Shown here one piece after another: positions 58,848 through 64,000 of a stretch of DNA of 64,000 nucleotides (position 1 is the first letter of the stretch; each line of letters opens with the position of its first letter). The DNA comes from Elusimicrobiota bacterium (GTDB lineage Bacteria > Elusimicrobiota > Elusimicrobia > UBA1565 > UBA9628), in assembly GCA_016182905.1 (NCBI GenBank), contig JACPFR010000005.1, positions 76,185 through 140,184 on the forward strand, given 5' to 3'. Under the pieces are notes generated by a model, which had not been told where the DNA came from, did not search any database, and saw only the letters and a list, made by a program, of their open reading frames with translations. Made by a program: the position numbers and the translations under genes.

Positions 58848-59582
58848 ATGACCAGGCATGCGGACGAGTCGCACCACAAGAAGGCGCGGCGGCACGAGGA
58901 TTACGACGCGGCCACGCGCATGGGCTTCCTCGTCCACGAGCTGCGCAACGCCCTGGCCTGCGTCTTCGTGGCCCACGCCATGATCAAGAAGTCTCCCGAC
59001 GCCGGCGCCGCCGCCGCCCTGCTGGAGCGCAACCTGCGGCACATGCGCGTCCTCCTCGACCGCGCCGACGCCGAGGTCCGCCTTCATAAGGAACCGCCGG
59101 CGCACCGCCGCCTGATGACCTTGACCGAGGCGGTCCGGGACGTCGTCGCCACGGCGGCCGAGCAGGCCCGCGTCAAGGGCGTGGAACTCTCGGTCCGCGT
59201 CGACCCGCGCCTGACGGTCAACGCGGACGGGCCCTACCTCTCGTCCGCCCTGTCGAACCTGGTGCGCAACGCGATCAAGTTCACCCCGGCGGGCGGCACC
59301 GTGCGGGTCCGCGGCCTGGAGAAGGAGCACTCCGCGGCGCTCGAGGTGGAGGACCAGTGCGGTGGGCTGCCTCCCGGCGGGATCGCGGAGCTTTTCGAGC
59401 CGTTCACGCAGAAGGGGACCGACCGCTCGGGCCTCGGGCTCGGCCTGGCGATCAGCCGCCGCGCCGTCGCGCTCAACGGGGGCACCCTCGGCGCGCGGGA
59501 CCTGCCCGGGAAGGGCTGCGTGTTCACGATCACTTTGCCGAAGGCCAGGGCCGGCCGTCATGGAACCGTCACAATAGCCTGA
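58848..59582 (+). CDS. short cytoplasmic histidine kinase (HisKA + HATPase_c, no sensor domain)
   Basis: H-box VHELRNALA, N-box LVRNAIKFTP, G-boxes (DQCGGLPP ... GLGLGLAI). Confidence 0.75.
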   Translation: MTRHADESHHKKARRHEDYDAATRMGFLVHELRNALACVFVAHAMIKKSPDAGAAAALLERNLRHMRVLLDRADAEVRLHKEPPAHRRLMTLTEAVRDVVATAAEQARVKGVELSVRVDPRLTVNADGPYLSSALSNLVRNAIKFTPAGGTVRVRGLEKEHSAALEVEDQCGGLPPGGIAELFEPFTQKGTDRSGLGLGLAISRRAVALNGGTLGARDLPGKGCVFTITLPKARAGRHGTVTIA

Positions 59583-59651
59583 CGCGGCCATGATTGCTTC
59601 CGGCGGACGTCCGGGAATATGCTCTTGGCACGGCGCGTGCGGGAGGGTCAC

Positions 59652-60038
59652 ATGAGACGAGCGGTCAGATCGCGAGGCGCGGGCGGCACGGCGGTCCTGG
59701 AGGCGCCTCGCCGCGCGCGCACGCCGATGAGCTTCAAGCTGTGGGACACGTTCGGCGCGGACGACGTGGCGCCGGAGATCTCCGTGGAGCATCCGCAGAT
59801 CGGTCAGCGCAGCTATTTCCCGGAGAGCGAGTACCAGGTCCTGGACTCCTCGATCGAGGGGCTGGAGATCTCCATCGACGACGACGAGTGGCGCCCGTGC
59901 CGCCGCGGCGAAGGGTGCTGGTCGTACGAATGGACGGAGTATCAGCCCGGACGCCGGCAGGCCGTCGTCCGCGTCCGTCCGCACCGCAGGGAGAAGGAGC
60001 CGCGCCAGACCTGCCTGTTCCTGGTGGACCTGCCGTGA
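59652..60038 (+). CDS. small Ig-like protein, paralog family member 3 (divergent: GCWSYEW)
   Basis: LEISIDDDEWRPCRRGEGCWSYEWTEYQPGRRQAVV. GGGAGGG RBS before MRRAV. Confidence 0.5.
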   Translation: MRRAVRSRGAGGTAVLEAPRRARTPMSFKLWDTFGADDVAPEISVEHPQIGQRSYFPESEYQVLDSSIEGLEISIDDDEWRPCRRGEGCWSYEWTEYQPGRRQAVVRVRPHRREKEPRQTCLFLVDLP

Positions 60039-60325
60039 CGCGGCTCTCACCGGCCGGCTCGGAAGGCTTCGCCGTGCTCTACCCCGGAGAGGGGGAGGTC
60101 GTCGACGCGTCCCGCTGCCGCTTCCTCATCGACGCGCCGGACCGCCGCGTGGAGATCGCCATCGACGGCGAGCATTGGGACGCCTGCCGCCTGGGCGGCG
60201 GCTACTGGTGGTTCGAGCGGTCCGGCCTCGCGCCCGGGCGGCATCAGGCGCTCGTCCGCTGCGAGGGGACGTCCGGACGGCCCCCGGTCCAGCGCGCCGT
60301 GCGCTTCCTCGTCGCGGCGAGCTGA
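60035..60325 (+). CDS. small Ig-like protein, paralog family member 4 (GYWWFERS)
   Basis: VEIAIDGEHWDACRLGGGYWWFERSGLAPGRHQALV. GTG start overlapping the member-3 TGA stop (GTGA), suggesting translational coupling. Confidence 0.5.
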   Translation: MTRLSPAGSEGFAVLYPGEGEVVDASRCRFLIDAPDRRVEIAIDGEHWDACRLGGGYWWFERSGLAPGRHQALVRCEGTSGRPPVQRAVRFLVAAS

Positions 60326-60410
60326 CGAGGCGTTCGCCGTCACGAGGCGGTCAGAAAACCGTGACTCCGCCGCCGTAGCCGGGTACCGGCCGTTTCCCTA
60401 TCATAGTCCC

Positions 60411-60911
60411 ATGAACAACGAATCCCGACGGTCCGTCGCCTCCCTTTCCGCCGCGCTCCTCGTCGCCGCCGCGCTCCCCGCCTACGCCGCCGTTCCCGAT
60501 CCGGCCCTGGATTACCCGCTCGAGCGCGGCGTCGCCGCCGGCGAGCAGTGGCGGAAGATGCTGGGCCTCAGCGCCGAGCAGGCCCGCAAGTTCACGGCGC
60601 TGGAGAACGAGAAGGCCGCGAGGCTCAAGCCCCTGAGGGAGCTGCTGCGCCATGAGATGGTGAAGCTGCAGTCGCTGCTGGCCGACAACGGCAGCGAGCG
60701 CGACGTGGAGGACTCCCTCGAGCAGGTGAACCAGATCAACCGCGCCATCGCGGAGCGCAGCGAGCGCGTCGACGCCGGCCTGAACGCCTTCCTGTCGGCC
60801 TCGCAGCGCGCCCGCCTGCTCGTCTGGCGCTCCTTGGGAGGGGCGGACGGCTACGCCGCGCGCCGCCTCGAGGCCGCGACCCGCCACGACGAGGAATCCG
60901 AGAGCGAGTAG
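60411..60911 (+). CDS. periplasmic Spy/CpxP-family (LTxxQ motif) stress protein
   Basis: Signal peptide. LSAEQARKF and LSASQRARL LTxxQ-type motifs in a helical hairpin-sized protein (166 aa). Confidence 0.65.
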   Translation: MNNESRRSVASLSAALLVAAALPAYAAVPDPALDYPLERGVAAGEQWRKMLGLSAEQARKFTALENEKAARLKPLRELLRHEMVKLQSLLADNGSERDVEDSLEQVNQINRAIAERSERVDAGLNAFLSASQRARLLVWRSLGGADGYAARRLEAATRHDEESESE

Positions 60912-60916
60912 CCGCG

Positions 60917-62782
<1,866 letters not shown>

Positions 62783-62914
62783 GGGACGGATTATATCGGC
62801 GCGCGCCGCGCGCGGCCATGGAGCGGGCGTAAAGCCTGCGCTTTCGAATCGTGACGCGGACGTTCGCAAGATCGTTACTCGCCCGTCCAGCGGATCAGAT
62901 ATCAGGATGCTAGC

Positions 62915-62928
62915 ATCCGTGCTCAAGA
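62915..62928. promoter_or_regulatory. perfect 14-bp palindrome in the glmS / nucleotide-sugar dehydrogenase divergent intergenic region
   Basis: GGATGCTAGCATCC. Confidence 0.5.
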
Positions 62929-62961
62929 CCGCAGAGGAGAGAGCAATCATGACACCGAAGA

Positions 62962-64000
62962 CCACGACCTTGACGAGAGGGCCCGCCGCCGCCGCCGAAG
63001 CCGGCCGGGACGCGGACGCCCTCGGATCGCTGCTGAAGAAGTTCCCGACCCGCGACGCGCGCGTCGCCGTCATGGGGCTCGGCTACGTCGGGCTGCCGCT
63101 GCTCCGCTTGTTCGCCTCGAAGGGCTTCCGCGTCATCGGCTGCGACACGGACCAGTCGAAGATCGACTCGCTCAACCGCGGGCGTTCCTATATAAGGTCG
63201 GTCCCGTCCGAGGACATCTCCCGCCACCTCGCGGCCAAGCAGCTGCTGGCGACGTCCGACTTCCGCAGCCTCGCCGGGGCGGACGCGATCTTCGTCTGCG
63301 TCCCGACGCCGCTGACGATGGACGGCAAGCCCGACGTCTCCGCCATCCGCCAGACCGCGAAGGCCATCGGCGCCACCCTGCGCAAGGGACAGCTGATCAT
63401 CCTGGAGAGCACGAGCTATCCGGGGACGACGCGGGAGGTCATGAAGCCCGAGCTCGAGAAGCGCGGCCTGAAGTGCGGGAAGGACTTCTTCCTCGCCTTC
63501 TCGCCGGAGCGCGAGGATCCCGGCAACAAGGATTTCTCGATCGAGCAGATCCCGAAGATCGTCGGCGGGATCGACGAGCCCTCGCGCACGGCCGCGGCCG
63601 CGCTGTACCGCGAGGCGGTGGCCCGCGTGGTCGAGGTCTCCTCTTGCGAGGCGGCCGAGGCCGCGAAGCTCCTCGAGAACATCTATCGCTGCGTGAACAT
63701 CGCCCTCGTCAACGAGCTGAAGATGTGCTTCGATCGCATGGACATCGACGTGTGGGAGGTCATCGGCGCGGCGGCGACCAAGCCGTTCGGCTTCCAGGCG
63801 TTCTACCCGGGCCCCGGCCTGGGCGGCCACTGCATCCCGATCGATCCGTTCTACCTGTCGTGGAAGGCCCGCGAGTTCCAGTTCAACACCCGATTCATCG
63901 ACCTCGCCGGCGAGATCAACATCCAGATGCCCTACTACGTGATGGCGAAGCTGGAGGAGGGACTGAGGGCGCAGGGCAAGAAGCTCGAGGGAGCGCGGGT
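62962..64000 (+). CDS. UDP-glucose/GDP-mannose dehydrogenase family protein (UDP-N-acetyl-hexosamine dehydrogenase-like), 3'-truncated by the window end
   Basis: GAGGAGAG RBS. NAD-binding GLGYVGLPL, catalytic Cys region (GPGLGGHCIPIDP). The ORF runs off the window. Confidence 0.8.

Noticed and set aside
62783-62961. glmS ribozyme upstream of glmS
   Set aside because: No match to the conserved glmS ribozyme core; that element is essentially restricted to Firmicutes and relatives. The leader is short and GC-rich.

Overview
High-GC (about 70%) bacterial chromosomal segment carrying at least two low-GC (about 50%) insertions: nt 1-3100, encoding a cluster of signal-peptide-bearing HEAT-repeat proteins, and about 13790-15950, a Fic/Doc-family island. 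No rRNA, no intact tRNA and no CRISPR array could be recognised by eye. Gene calls rest on motif-level reading of the supplied translations, because no homology search could be run. Main contents in window order: (i) a 2762-aa surface protein (FN3 domains, more than ten Ig-like repeats, a six-blade NHL propeller, a T9SS-type C-terminal sorting domain) followed by a FadL/PorV-like outer-membrane barrel; (ii) the Fic island with ATAGGCCT repeats and a tRNA-like small-RNA candidate; (iii) htpX, then terC preceded by what looks like a yybP-ykoY (Mn2+) riboswitch with a consensus sigma70 promoter and a terminator-type expression platform; (iv) an operon of carbonic anhydrase, GT2, SDR and PTPS/QueD (possible pterin pathway); (v) UbiB kinase, Hsp20, PAS-GGDEF, P-type ATPase, AI-2E transporter; (vi) an ECF sigma/anti-sigma pair followed by TolC and an RND pump with no adaptor gene in the window, plus a DUF2892 gene; (vii) an IS5-family transposase N-terminal fragment; (viii) a TetR-controlled MacAB-TolC-type ABC efflux operon whose operator is rich in dyad symmetry; (ix) ppsA followed by a tight five-gene operon (acyl-AMP ligase, AsnB-like amidotransferase, NadE-like amidoligase, ACP, LpxD-like acyltransferase) that looks like an uncharacterised N-acyl-amide lipid pathway; (x) a multi-kinase, multi-receiver signalling cluster; (xi) a four-member paralogous family of about 100-aa proteins with a conserved SIDxGxWxxCRxxxGYWWFDWT motif, linked to a short histidine kinase and a CMD-family gene; (xii) Spy/CpxP, glmS and a partial nucleotide-sugar dehydrogenase. 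Many long ORFs in the six-frame track are alternative-frame artefacts of the high GC and were discarded.
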